This document shows, piece after piece, positions 25,856 to 36,182 of a stretch of DNA of 64,000 nt (positions within the stretch are counted from its first letter, which is position 1; every line of letters starts with the position of its first letter). The notes below the pieces were generated by a model. That model had not been told where the DNA came from, searched no databases, and saw nothing but the letters and a program-made list of their open reading frames with translations. This DNA comes from an uncultured bacterium (GTDB lineage Bacteria; Verrucomicrobiota; Verrucomicrobiia; Limisphaerales; J093). Where the stretch lies: NCBI GenBank assembly GCA_963735925.1, contig CAVTMT010000003.1, positions 1,767,463-1,831,462 on the forward strand, read 5' to 3'. The position numbers and the translations under genes are program-made.

Positions 25856-27697
25856 TCAAACCGCCAACTTGGCCGCTGCGTTCTGGAACTGCAGTTCGTA
25901 CAGGCGCCGGTAGTGGCCGTTGAGCTGGAGCAGTTCGTCGTGCCGGCCGACCTCCACGATCCGCCCTTCGGCCAGCACCACGATGCGATCCGCGTTCACG
26001 ATCGTGGACAGCCGGTGGGCGACGCAGATGGTGGTGCGCCCTTGCATGAGTTCATCCAGTGCCGCCTGCACGAGCCGCTCGGATTCGGTGTCGAGCGCGC
26101 TGGTCGCTTCGTCCAGGACCAAAATGGGGGCGTCCCGCAGGATCGCGCGGGCGATGGCAAGGCGCTGGCGTTGACCGCCGGACAAGTTCACGCCGCGCTC
26201 GCCGATCACGGTGTCGTAGCCGGCCGGCTTTTCCATGATGAAGCCGTGCGCGTGGGCGTGGCGGGCTGCGGCCTCGATTTCCGCCGCACTCGCGCCTGGC
26301 CGGCCCAGCTCGATGTTTCGCCGGATGGTGTCGTTGAACAGGATCGTCTCCTGCGTCACGACCGCGATCTGACGGCGCAGTTCCTTGGACGAGACTTCGC
26401 GCAAGTCCCGGCTGCCGATGCGGATGCTCCCGTTTTTCGGGTCGTAGAAGCGCAACAGCAGGTTGGTGATCGTGGTTTTGCCCGAGCCGCTGGCCCCGAC
26501 GAGGGCGACCAGTTGGCCGGCCTTCACCGTAAGGTTGATGCCGCGCAACACCGGTTTGTCGCCGTAGTCGAAGTCCAGATGCTCGAAGTGAATGTCCTGC
26601 CCGGCGGCTTGCAATGGCAGCGGCTGGGCCGGCTCGGGAATCTCAGAGACGGTGTCGAGCAGTTCGAATACGCGCAGGCTGGCCGCCCGCGCCTGCACGA
26701 GGCGGTTCGAGACGCGGATGACGGACTTGATCCGCGCGTACATGAGCATGATGGCGGACAGGAAGGCCATGAACGCCGCGGCGCTGGTGCCTTGCTTCGG
26801 GTCCATGGCGATGAAGCCGAGCAGGACCGCCGCGCCCACCATGCCGAAGAACTCGATCATCGGTCCGGGCAATTCGCTGGCGCGGCAGATGCGCATGAAC
26901 TGGCTGATGTAACGATTCGTGCTGCGCCGGTACTGCTCGGCCACCACCGGATCGAGGTTGTAAGCCTTCACGATGCGTACGCCGCTCAGCGCCTCCTGGA
27001 TGCCTTGAAACACCGCCGCGTTCTCGTTCTGGATCGCCTCGGACGATTTCCGAATCTTGCGAGCATAGACAATCACCGGCACCAGGCAGACGGGAAACAC
27101 CAGGAGCGATAGCAGGGTCAGCCGGGGCTGTTGCGTGATCTGATAAATCGCGAAGGCGACCAGCGCCACCGGGTCCTTGATCAACGACACCAGCGAATCC
27201 GCCAGCGCGCTGTGCAGCGTGGACACGTCGTTTGCGAGCCGGGACATCATCTCGCCGGTACTGGTCTTGCTGTGGAAACTCAGCGGCAGGTGGATCAGGT
27301 GTTCGAGCAATTTGCCGCGGAAATCCGCCACCGTCCGCACGGCGACCCATTGCAGCAGATAAACGTGCAGGTAGTTGACGATCCCGCGCAGTGCCATCAC
27401 GGCGGGGATGATCGACACGACCAGGACCACCGTGCCGAGCCGCGGCGTCACGGCCAGCTCATGCACGCGGTCGCCAAGGAAGCGGGCCAGGTCTGGCAGG
27501 TACGCCGCCAGACGATCGAGCGCGTGTTGGATTTCCTGGGCGCCGGTCTGCGGAAAGATGACGGCGAAAACGAAATAGACCGCGAGGACGAGCAGCGCCT
27601 CGTTCACCCCCGCCACCACCCCCAGAAGAATGCCCAGCGCGAGCCGGAGCCGGTAGGGCCGCGCCCAGTGGAGCAGTTTGAACAGGAATGAAACCAT
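25856..27697 (-). CDS. ABC transporter permease/ATP-binding protein (MsbA/lipid-A-exporter-like)
   Basis: Six-TM N-terminal domain followed by Walker A (GASGSGKTT), the ABC signature (LSGGQRQRLAIARA) and Walker B (ILVLDEATSALD). The start is set at MVSFLFKLLHWARPYR (27697); an alternative start lies at 27727. Confidence 0.88.
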   Translation of the reverse strand: MVSFLFKLLHWARPYRLRLALGILLGVVAGVNEALLVLAVYFVFAVIFPQTGAQEIQHALDRLAAYLPDLARFLGDRVHELAVTPRLGTVVLVVSIIPAVMALRGIVNYLHVYLLQWVAVRTVADFRGKLLEHLIHLPLSFHSKTSTGEMMSRLANDVSTLHSALADSLVSLIKDPVALVAFAIYQITQQPRLTLLSLLVFPVCLVPVIVYARKIRKSSEAIQNENAAVFQGIQEALSGVRIVKAYNLDPVVAEQYRRSTNRYISQFMRICRASELPGPMIEFFGMVGAAVLLGFIAMDPKQGTSAAAFMAFLSAIMLMYARIKSVIRVSNRLVQARAASLRVFELLDTVSEIPEPAQPLPLQAAGQDIHFEHLDFDYGDKPVLRGINLTVKAGQLVALVGASGSGKTTITNLLLRFYDPKNGSIRIGSRDLREVSSKELRRQIAVVTQETILFNDTIRRNIELGRPGASAAEIEAAARHAHAHGFIMEKPAGYDTVIGERGVNLSGGQRQRLAIARAILRDAPILVLDEATSALDTESERLVQAALDELMQGRTTICVAHRLSTIVNADRIVVLAEGRIVEVGRHDELLQLNGHYRRLYELQFQNAAAKLAV

Positions 27698-27766
27698 GCC
27701 GCGGGACGGAGTATGCGAAGCCGTCACCGCGGGGCGAGTGCAAACTCCACCGCGGCCGGCCGCGGC

Positions 27767-28504
27767 TCAAAGCGCGCCGAACCGCCGGTGCCGGCGCGTG
27801 TATTCCTCGAGCGCCTCGAACAGTTGCGGTTTGCGAAAGTCCGGCCAGCAGGTCGGCGTGACCACAAACTCGGCGTAAGAAATCTGCCAGAGCAGGAAGT
27901 TGCTCACGCGCAGCTCGCCGCTGGTGCGGATGAGCAGGTCGGGGTCCGGGTAAGGATGCGTGTACAAATGCTGGGCGACCGCGAGCTCGTTGATCTCCTC
28001 GGGCTCGATCAGGCCCGCCTTGACCTTCCGGGAGATGTCCCGGACCGCCTCGACGATTTCAGTGCGTCCGCCGTAACTGAGCGCCAGGATGAGGGTCAGG
28101 CCGTTGTTCTTCGCCAACGCGGCCTGGGTCTTCCGCAATTGCTCCTGCACGAATTCCGGCAGGCGGTAAATCTGGCCGATGGCCTCCAGCCGGACGTTGT
28201 TGCGGTTCAGCTCCCCGATCTCGTTTTTCAGGTACCGCGCCAGATACTTCATCAGCGTGTCCACCTCGGCCTGCGGCCGGCTCCAGTTCTCGACCGAGAA
28301 AGCATAAAGCGTCAGATACTTGATCCCCAGTTCGCCGGCGGCCCGCACGATCGCCCGCACCGATTCGGCGCCGACGCGGTGGCCTTCGACGCGCGGCAGG
28401 TGGCGCTGCTTGGCCCAGCGGCCGTTGCCATCCATGATGATGGCCACGTGCGTGGGCAGGTTCGCCAACGCGGCCGGACTCAAATGGGAACTGGAAGCGC
28501 TCAT
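27767..28504 (-). CDS. uppS: isoprenyl transferase (undecaprenyl-diphosphate synthase)
   Basis: HVAIIMDGNGRWA, LTLYAFSVENWSRP and RTSGELRVSNFLLWQ. The start MSASSSHL… is confirmed at 28504. Confidence 0.9.
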   Translation of the reverse strand: MSASSSHLSPAALANLPTHVAIIMDGNGRWAKQRHLPRVEGHRVGAESVRAIVRAAGELGIKYLTLYAFSVENWSRPQAEVDTLMKYLARYLKNEIGELNRNNVRLEAIGQIYRLPEFVQEQLRKTQAALAKNNGLTLILALSYGGRTEIVEAVRDISRKVKAGLIEPEEINELAVAQHLYTHPYPDPDLLIRTSGELRVSNFLLWQISYAEFVVTPTCWPDFRKPQLFEALEEYTRRHRRFGAL

Positions 28505-28542
28505 GACACGACCGGGTTGGCGGACACGCCGCCAGCACCGGG

Positions 28543-29895
<1,353 letters not shown>

Positions 29896-30026
29896 TCAAC
29901 GCCGCAGCCCGGACCGGGCGGGTCCCGGCTTCCAAGCGGTGGCTGCGCCGCGGCCGCCGTGCACGGCGGTGCCGCAACCGCGCAGCCGATGAATTGGGAC
30001 GCTGCCGCCCGATCGGCCGGAGGCCG

Positions 30027-30060
30027 AAAAAAAGGGGAGCGCGACCGTCGCGGTCGCCCC
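30027..30060 (-). terminator. orphan rho-independent terminator-like element on the minus strand (GC-rich 7-bp stem GCGACCG-TCG-CGGTCGC followed by U7), about 220 nt upstream of purA
   Basis: The plus strand reads aaaaaaa-ggggagcGCGACCGtcgCGGTCGCccc. On the minus strand this is a hairpin followed by TTTTTTT, and no annotated minus-strand gene lies upstream of it. Confidence 0.4.
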
Positions 30061-30341
30061 GGCGGGCGTCGCGCCGACCGACCCGCAACCGGCACTGACC
30101 AGGTGGACCGGCCGGCAGGCAAAGGCGCGGACTTTTTCGGCCGGAGGTCGCAGGCGCGCTGGGCGGAGGAGGCCGAGGTGACCGCTCCCGCAGCGGTACA
30201 ACCCAACGACGGTCCGGGACCGGACGCTGCTGGGTCCCGACCGCGGCACGCTACAAACCCATCAGGACGGTGTAATTGTCCGCCGGGGCGCATTCGCGTT
30301 TGCTGGCCGCGGTTACGAAACCGCAACGGATCAAGACGACT

Positions 30342-30578
30342 ATGAACACTGCCTGCTTTGGTTTTCTGGAACTGCTCGTCGCTCTGCCGTTCATGGCCCT
30401 GGGCCTGCTCGGCTTCGCCTTCTGGGTGTGGATGCTCGTCGATTGCGCCGTGAACGAGCCCAGCCAGGGCAGCGACAAGATCGTGTGGGTTCTCGTGGTC
30501 CTCTTCGCAAACTTCATCGGCGCGCTGATCTACTTCTTCGTGCGCCGGCCGCAACGCCGCGCCGCGCTGGGCCGGTGA
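30342..30578 (+). CDS. PLDc_N-domain small membrane protein (78 aa)
   Basis: WVWMLVDCAVNEPSQGSDKIVWVLVVLFANFIGALIYFFVRR matches the PLD-nuclease N-terminal domain mini-protein pattern (WML.D…K..W.LVI.F…G…Y). The ATG at 30342 was confirmed. Confidence 0.7.
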   Translation: MNTACFGFLELLVALPFMALGLLGFAFWVWMLVDCAVNEPSQGSDKIVWVLVVLFANFIGALIYFFVRRPQRRAALGR

Positions 30579-30647
30579 GCGGCTTTCGCGCTTCCCGGTC
30601 GGGCCCACGGATGGTACGATGCGCGGCGAAACAACCCCGGAGCTGCC

Positions 30648-31199
30648 ATGACATTTTACGCCTTCTGCCTGGTTGGTGGTCTGCTCTTCACGATCTTCAG
30701 TGTCGCGCTCAGCCATTTCCTGGGCGGCCACAACACGGACCTGGACGCGGGCAACCATCCCGATGCGGGCGCCAACGACGCCGGCCTGCCGACGATGTCG
30801 TTTTCGAGCCCCACCGTGCTGGCGTCCTTTGTGACGGCGTTTGGGGCGTTTGGCCTGATCTTCAGCAAAATCGAACTGACGAGCAGTCCCTGGATCAGCG
30901 CCCCGCTGTCGGCTTTGGGAGGTCTGGCCATCGCGCTGGCCACGCTTTGGTTCTTCACGAGGCTCTTCCAGGAAACGCAGAGTTCCAGCGAATCGCGCGT
31001 GGGCAGCCTGACCGGCATCACCGCAACGGTCATCACGCCGATCCCGGAGCAGAGCGTCGGTGAAATCGCCTACGTCCAGGCCGGCTCGCGCTACACCGCG
31101 CCGGCCCGAGCCGAGCAGAATGTCGCCCTCGCCGCGGGTGTATCGGTGATTATCACCCGCGTAGTGGGCACCCAGTTTTACGTCAAAGCGGCCCCGTGA
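30648..31199 (+). CDS. NfeD-family membrane protein (flotillin-associated, OB-fold C-terminus)
   Basis: N-terminal multi-TM segment followed by a C-terminal beta domain (GSLTGITATVITPIPEQSVGEIAYVQAGSRYTAPARAE…VIITRVVGTQFYVK). It lies immediately upstream of the flotillin gene. Confidence 0.75.
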   Translation: MTFYAFCLVGGLLFTIFSVALSHFLGGHNTDLDAGNHPDAGANDAGLPTMSFSSPTVLASFVTAFGAFGLIFSKIELTSSPWISAPLSALGGLAIALATLWFFTRLFQETQSSSESRVGSLTGITATVITPIPEQSVGEIAYVQAGSRYTAPARAEQNVALAAGVSVIITRVVGTQFYVKAAP

Positions 31200-31235
31200 C
31201 CGCATGCTCAAACCGCAGCCAAACCAATCCAATCC

Positions 31236-32765
31236 ATGAACGTCTGCTCTTCGCTGCTCGCCGCCGTGCCCTGGTCATCCGTCACCGCCAGCGCGGCCAC
31301 CGTCCTGGTCGTCTTCTTCCTTTTCGTGGTCCTCTGGGCCAGCCGCTATCGAAAGGTCGGTCCGAACGAGGTCCTGGTGATCTCCGGCCGCAAACGCCAA
31401 CTCACCGAGGCCGACGGCACGAGCCGCGACGTCGGTTACCGCATCGTCAAAGGCGGCGGTGTCTTCGTCTGGCCGGTGCTCGAGAAGGTGGACGTGCTGC
31501 GGCTCGAGTTGATGACCATCGACGTACAGACGCCAGAGGTCTATACCAGCAAAGGCGTGCCGGTGAAGGTGGACGGCGTCGCGCAGATCAAGGTCAAGGG
31601 CGACGATGTTTCCATTGCCACCGCTGCCGAGCAGTTTCTGAGCAAGGGCGTCGAGGAGATCAAGAACATCGCCATGCAGACGCTCGAAGGGCATCTGCGG
31701 GCCATTCTTGGCACCATGACCGTCGAGGAGATCTACCAGAATCGCGACGCCTTCGCCTCGAAGGTGCAGGAAGTCGCGGCGGGCGACATGGCCAACATGG
31801 GCCTGGGCATCGTCAGCTTCACCATCCGCGACATCCGCGACAGCCAGGGGTACCTCGACGCGCTGGGCAAGCCGCGCATCGCCCAGGTCAAACGCGACGC
31901 CGTCATCGCCCAGGCCGAGGCGGATCGCGATTCGACGATCCGCTCGGCCCAGGCGCAGCAGGCGGGCCAGGAAGCCAAGCTTGCCGCGGACAGCAAGATT
32001 GCCGAGGCCCAACGTGACTACCAATCGAACGTCGCCCAATACCAGGCGGTGGTGAACCAGAGGAAGGCCGAGGCCGACCTTGCTTACGACTTGCAGAAGT
32101 TCAAGACCGGCCAGCTCGTGAAGGCCGAGGAAGTCCAGGTCGCGATCGTCGAGAAGCAGAAGCAAATCGAGTTGCAGCAACAGGAAATCCTGCGCCGGCA
32201 GCGCGAGCTCGAAGCGACGGTTCAGAAGCCCGCCGACGCCGAACGGTACAAGGTCGAAACCCTTGCCAACGCGCGGAAGTTCCAGCTCGAAACTGAGGCG
32301 GCCGGCACCGCGTCCGCGGCGAAAGCGACGGGCTTCGCCAGCGCAGACGTAGCCAAGGCCACGGGCATCGCCGAGGCCGAAGCCAACCAGGCACGGGGTC
32401 TGGCCGAAGCCGCGGTCATCGAAGCGCAAGGCAAGGCCACCGCCGAAGCCATGCGCGTCAAGGCCGAATCGTTCAAGCAATACAACGAGGCGGCGGTGAT
32501 CGAGATGATTGTCCGCATCCTGCCCGAAGTGGCGGGCAAGGTGAGCGAGCCGTTGGCGAAGACCGAGAAGATGGTCATCATCAACAGCGGCAGCGGCCCG
32601 GGCGGCGGAGCGAGCAAGCTCACGGGCGACGTCATGCAGATCATTTCCCAGCTCCCGCCCGTGGTGGAAAGCCTGACCGGCATCAAGTTCGAGAAACTGC
32701 TCGAACAGGTGCCCGCCCTCCGCCAGGCTATGGGTAAATCCAACGATCAACCCCCCATTCCCTAA
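31236..32765 (+). CDS. flotillin family protein (SPFH/Band-7 domain, FloT-like)
   Basis: N-terminal membrane anchor, SPFH core (YRKVGPNEVLVISGRK…VDVQTPEVYTSKGVPVKVDGVAQIKV), then a long Ala/Glu/Gln-rich coiled-coil (the flotillin EA repeats). Confidence 0.88.
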   Translation: MNVCSSLLAAVPWSSVTASAATVLVVFFLFVVLWASRYRKVGPNEVLVISGRKRQLTEADGTSRDVGYRIVKGGGVFVWPVLEKVDVLRLELMTIDVQTPEVYTSKGVPVKVDGVAQIKVKGDDVSIATAAEQFLSKGVEEIKNIAMQTLEGHLRAILGTMTVEEIYQNRDAFASKVQEVAAGDMANMGLGIVSFTIRDIRDSQGYLDALGKPRIAQVKRDAVIAQAEADRDSTIRSAQAQQAGQEAKLAADSKIAEAQRDYQSNVAQYQAVVNQRKAEADLAYDLQKFKTGQLVKAEEVQVAIVEKQKQIELQQQEILRRQRELEATVQKPADAERYKVETLANARKFQLETEAAGTASAAKATGFASADVAKATGIAEAEANQARGLAEAAVIEAQGKATAEAMRVKAESFKQYNEAAVIEMIVRILPEVAGKVSEPLAKTEKMVIINSGSGPGGGASKLTGDVMQIISQLPPVVESLTGIKFEKLLEQVPALRQAMGKSNDQPPIP

Positions 32766-32770
32766 CCGGC

Positions 32771-33007
32771 ATGGTCCACCACATGGATACTTCCTGGGCG
32801 CTCGGCGGCCTCATTGCATCCGCCTTCGGCGCGGTGTTCGCGCTGGCCGCCTTCGCGTTCTGGCTGTGGATGCTCATCCACGCCATTCAGAATCGCGGCC
32901 TCACGGATTCGGAGCGCATCGTCTGGGTGCTGGTGATCATCTTCCTCAACCTCCTTGGCGCCTTGCTTTACCTGATCGTGGGCAAACCCAAGGCACCGGG
33001 GGGTTAG
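32771..33007 (+). CDS. PLDc_N-domain small membrane protein (78 aa)
   Basis: FAFWLWMLIHAIQNRGLTDSERIVWVLVIIFLNLLGALLYLIVGKPK. It starts 6 nt after the flotillin stop. Confidence 0.7.
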   Translation: MVHHMDTSWALGGLIASAFGAVFALAAFAFWLWMLIHAIQNRGLTDSERIVWVLVIIFLNLLGALLYLIVGKPKAPGG

Positions 33008-33032
33008 GCTCGCGATCACGGCCGAGACCCTC

Positions 33033-33299
33033 ATGATCACTACCATGACTCCACTCTTTGGATTCCTCTTCGGCGGTTTCGAACTGCTCCTGCTGCTGTT
33101 CCTCTTTCCCTTCACCCTCGCGCTCTTCGCGTTCTGGATCTGGATGCTCATCCATGCGATCCAGAACCGGGGTCTCACCGACTCCGAGCGCATCGTCTGG
33201 GTGCTCGTCATCATCTTCCTGCACGCCCTGGGTGCCCTGCTCTACCTGCTGATCGGCCGGCCCAAGGCAAACAACCTCCTGACGCCACCGAGGACTTGA
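33033..33299 (+). CDS. PLDc_N-domain small membrane protein (88 aa), recent tandem duplicate of 32771..33007
   Basis: FAFWIWMLIHAIQNRGLTDSERIVWVLVIIFLHALGALLYLLIGRPK. The 27-aa core is identical to that of the preceding gene. Confidence 0.7.
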   Translation: MITTMTPLFGFLFGGFELLLLLFLFPFTLALFAFWIWMLIHAIQNRGLTDSERIVWVLVIIFLHALGALLYLLIGRPKANNLLTPPRT

Positions 33300-33451
33300 T
33301 TCCACCCCGCCGGGCCAGCAGCCTCGTTCCACCGAAGGTGGCCAGACTCCGCTGGCCTGCAGACGCCGCACCCCGTCCCGCCTTGCGCCCGCCCTCCGCC
33401 GGCATACTGTTCGCTTGCGCCGCGCGGTCCCGCGGGACGAACGGCGCAGCC

Positions 33452-34681
33452 ATGAACGAGCGCCGCTTTTGCTATTTCGATCATAACGCCACGACTGCAG
33501 TCGCCCAGGAAGTCCTGGATGCCATGCTGCCCTTCTTCCGCGAGCACTGGGGCAACCCCTCGAGCGCGTACGCCTTCGGTCACGACGTCGCCCGCCACCT
33601 GGAGACCGCCCGCGCCCAAGTGGCGGCGCTGATCGGCGCGGAACCGCGCGAGGTTTTGTTCACCAGTTGTGGCACCGAAAGCAACAACGCCGCCTGGAAC
33701 AGCGCGTTGACGACCCAGCCGGACCGGCGCCACGTCGTCACCACGGCAGTCGAGCATTCCGCCAACCTCAAGTTCGCCCAGACCCTGCAGCGTCGGGGCT
33801 GCGAGGTGACCTCCCTGCCGGTGAACCCGGACGGCCAACTCGATCTGCACCAGCTCGAACAGGCGATCCGGCCGGATACCGCACTGGTTTCGGTGATGTG
33901 GGCGAACAACGAAACCGGGGTCCTGTTCCCGATCCCGGAGGTGGCGGCCATTTGCCGAAGCAAGGGGGTGCTGTGCCATACGGACGCCGTGCAAGTGGCC
34001 GGCAAGGTTCCCCTCGATGTCCGGGAAGCGGGGGTGGATTTCCTGTCGCTCAGCGGGCACAAGCTCCATGCCCCGAAGGGCATTGGCGCCCTATACGTGC
34101 GACGGCGAACGCGGTTCGCGCCTTACCTGGTCGGGGGCCACCAGGAGCGCGGCCGGCGTGGCGGCACCGAGAACGTACCGTACATCGTGGGTTTCGGTCG
34201 GGCGGCGGACCTGGCGGTGGCGCTTCTGGGTCCGGAAACCCATCGGGTGCGGGCGCTGCGCGACCGGCTGGAGTCCGGCCTGCTGGCAACGATTCCTCAA
34301 GCCGCCCGCAACGGCGCCCGCGAGCCGCGCCTGCCGAACACCAGCAACCTCGCCTTCCCGGCGGTGGAAGCGGAAGCGATGCTGATGCTGCTCGACCAGT
34401 TGGGCATCTGCGCTTCCGGCGGTTCGGCCTGCATGACGGGTTCGCTGGACCCCTCTCACGTGCTGACCGCAATGGGCTTCAGCGCGACGCGGGCACGGGG
34501 CAGCCTCCGCTTCAGCCTCGGTCGGGACACGCACGCGGGCGACGTGGATTACCTGCTCGCCACCCTGCCCGGCGTCGTCAGCAAGCTGCAAGCCATCGCG
34601 CCCGCGGGTCCGGCGCCACGGGCGCCACGCGCACCGGTGGGCGCAGCCGCGGAGTTGTCGGGCGTTCAGAACGTGAACTGA
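33452..34681 (+). CDS. cysteine desulfurase family aminotransferase class V (NifS/IscS-like)
   Basis: FDHNATT, SGHKLHAPKGIGALYVRR (PLP lysine) and the active-site loop ASGGSACMTGS. The ATG at 33452 was confirmed. The 3' end overlaps the convergent porin gene by 16 nt. Confidence 0.85.
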   Translation: MNERRFCYFDHNATTAVAQEVLDAMLPFFREHWGNPSSAYAFGHDVARHLETARAQVAALIGAEPREVLFTSCGTESNNAAWNSALTTQPDRRHVVTTAVEHSANLKFAQTLQRRGCEVTSLPVNPDGQLDLHQLEQAIRPDTALVSVMWANNETGVLFPIPEVAAICRSKGVLCHTDAVQVAGKVPLDVREAGVDFLSLSGHKLHAPKGIGALYVRRRTRFAPYLVGGHQERGRRGGTENVPYIVGFGRAADLAVALLGPETHRVRALRDRLESGLLATIPQAARNGAREPRLPNTSNLAFPAVEAEAMLMLLDQLGICASGGSACMTGSLDPSHVLTAMGFSATRARGSLRFSLGRDTHAGDVDYLLATLPGVVSKLQAIAPAGPAPRAPRAPVGAAAELSGVQNVN

Positions 34682-36150
34682 ACCTCGGCGCGCAGGAAAC
34701 TCTCCACGTCGCGCTGGCTGTAGTAATCTCCCTGCCAGACCCATTCGCCCCAGAGATGGCCGGCGATCTGTTTGCTGAACTGGTGCTTGAGGACCAGTTG
34801 CAGGTAGTGACCGCGGAAGTTGCCCTCGTCGGTGAACCGGGAGGCATTGAGCGTGCGGGTGGGATCGGACTGCGGTGCAAAGAGGGCGTTGTAATAGGCG
34901 CCCACCGTCATGTCCTTCATCGGGTTGAGGGTCCAGCCGGCGCCGAGGCGCTGGATATTGTTCAACTGGGCCACCTTCCCCCCCGTTTCCTGGACATAGG
35001 AGTAAATGTACAATTCACTCCACCGCGGCCACCGGCCCCAGAGGATGTCGAACATCTCGTCCTTGCCCGGCGTGCTCCCGTCGTCGCCCGAGAGGTACTC
35101 GAAGATAAGATGCGCCTGGTTGTTGAGCGGGTCGCGCAACAGATAGTTCAGGCTGGCGTTCGCGCCGAACGCGTCCATGTCCCGCATCTGGGTCGCGGCC
35201 ACCGGGTATTTCACCGTGGGGTCTTCCTTGCGTCCGAACTGATACGCTCCTTCGAGGGAGTAGCTCCAGTGCATCGCGGGCGTGCCGGTGAGTTTGCCGC
35301 CCACGGTATAAATGTCCGCATTGTCGCCATTGGCCAGTTCGCGGTCGTCGTGTTTGTAGATGAAGTAGCCGTCGAGCTGGGTGTTCTTGATGGACTTGTT
35401 CGAGGCATAGAAGATGCCCCCCTGCTCGTTCTGTTCCGTGAGGGCGACGTGCTGGTTGTTGATCGTCGGAATCCACTCGTCGGCATACGCGTTCTGATAG
35501 ATGCCGATGAAGTCGAGTTTGGTCTTCGCGGCCTTCAGATCGTAGGTCACCCGCGCACTGTCGAGGAAGTAGGTCCAGGAACCGTCCAGCGGTGTGCCGT
35601 CGGCGACGAGCCACCAGTTCCAGAAATCGCCCAGGACAATGTCTTGGCGGCCGGCGGCGACCGTCAGCGGTTGGTCCAGCACATTGGCCCACTTCACGTT
35701 CAGGCTGTCGGCCATGCCGTAGCGCCACTCCATGCCGGTTTGATTCTTGTAGGTCCCGACGAAGGCGGGCTCGAGCCATTCCCGCGGTTCGGCGGCAAGC
35801 CGGGCATTGACGGTCACATTCGTCACCGGCGTGACGGCCGTCCACAATCGCGCCCGAAAACGGATGACGTCCTGGGCGTGGTTGGGCAGGTCGTTACCCA
35901 GGGTGATGAGGTTGTCGTAGTACTCGTTGCGAATCCGCAGGTCGGCCCCCCACGAGAGCCAGGGCGTGGGATTCTTCACGTCCTTGATCCACTGCTGCGT
36001 GGCGCTGAGTTTGGGGGCGGCCGGCGCCCCCGCGGCGGGGGTTGCGGGCATTGCGGGTGAGGAAATGGAGGCCGACTGACTGTGGCCGGGAAGCAGCCCG
36101 GCGGTCAGTGCCAGGCCGGTGAGGAGCGAGCGTTGCGGAGTTTTTTTCAT
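34666..36150 (-). CDS. outer-membrane beta-barrel protein, alginate-export (AlgE-like) family
   Basis: Signal peptide MKKTPQRSLLTGLALTAGLLPGHS. There are alternating amphipathic beta-strands with aromatic girdles and a C-terminal …AEVQFTF ending in Phe. Confidence 0.7.
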   Translation of the reverse strand: MKKTPQRSLLTGLALTAGLLPGHSQSASISSPAMPATPAAGAPAAPKLSATQQWIKDVKNPTPWLSWGADLRIRNEYYDNLITLGNDLPNHAQDVIRFRARLWTAVTPVTNVTVNARLAAEPREWLEPAFVGTYKNQTGMEWRYGMADSLNVKWANVLDQPLTVAAGRQDIVLGDFWNWWLVADGTPLDGSWTYFLDSARVTYDLKAAKTKLDFIGIYQNAYADEWIPTINNQHVALTEQNEQGGIFYASNKSIKNTQLDGYFIYKHDDRELANGDNADIYTVGGKLTGTPAMHWSYSLEGAYQFGRKEDPTVKYPVAATQMRDMDAFGANASLNYLLRDPLNNQAHLIFEYLSGDDGSTPGKDEMFDILWGRWPRWSELYIYSYVQETGGKVAQLNNIQRLGAGWTLNPMKDMTVGAYYNALFAPQSDPTRTLNASRFTDEGNFRGHYLQLVLKHQFSKQIAGHLWGEWVWQGDYYSQRDVESFLRAEVQFTF

Positions 36151-36182
36151 GGAGGTTAGGGGGCTGAACCGTCACGGGAAAG

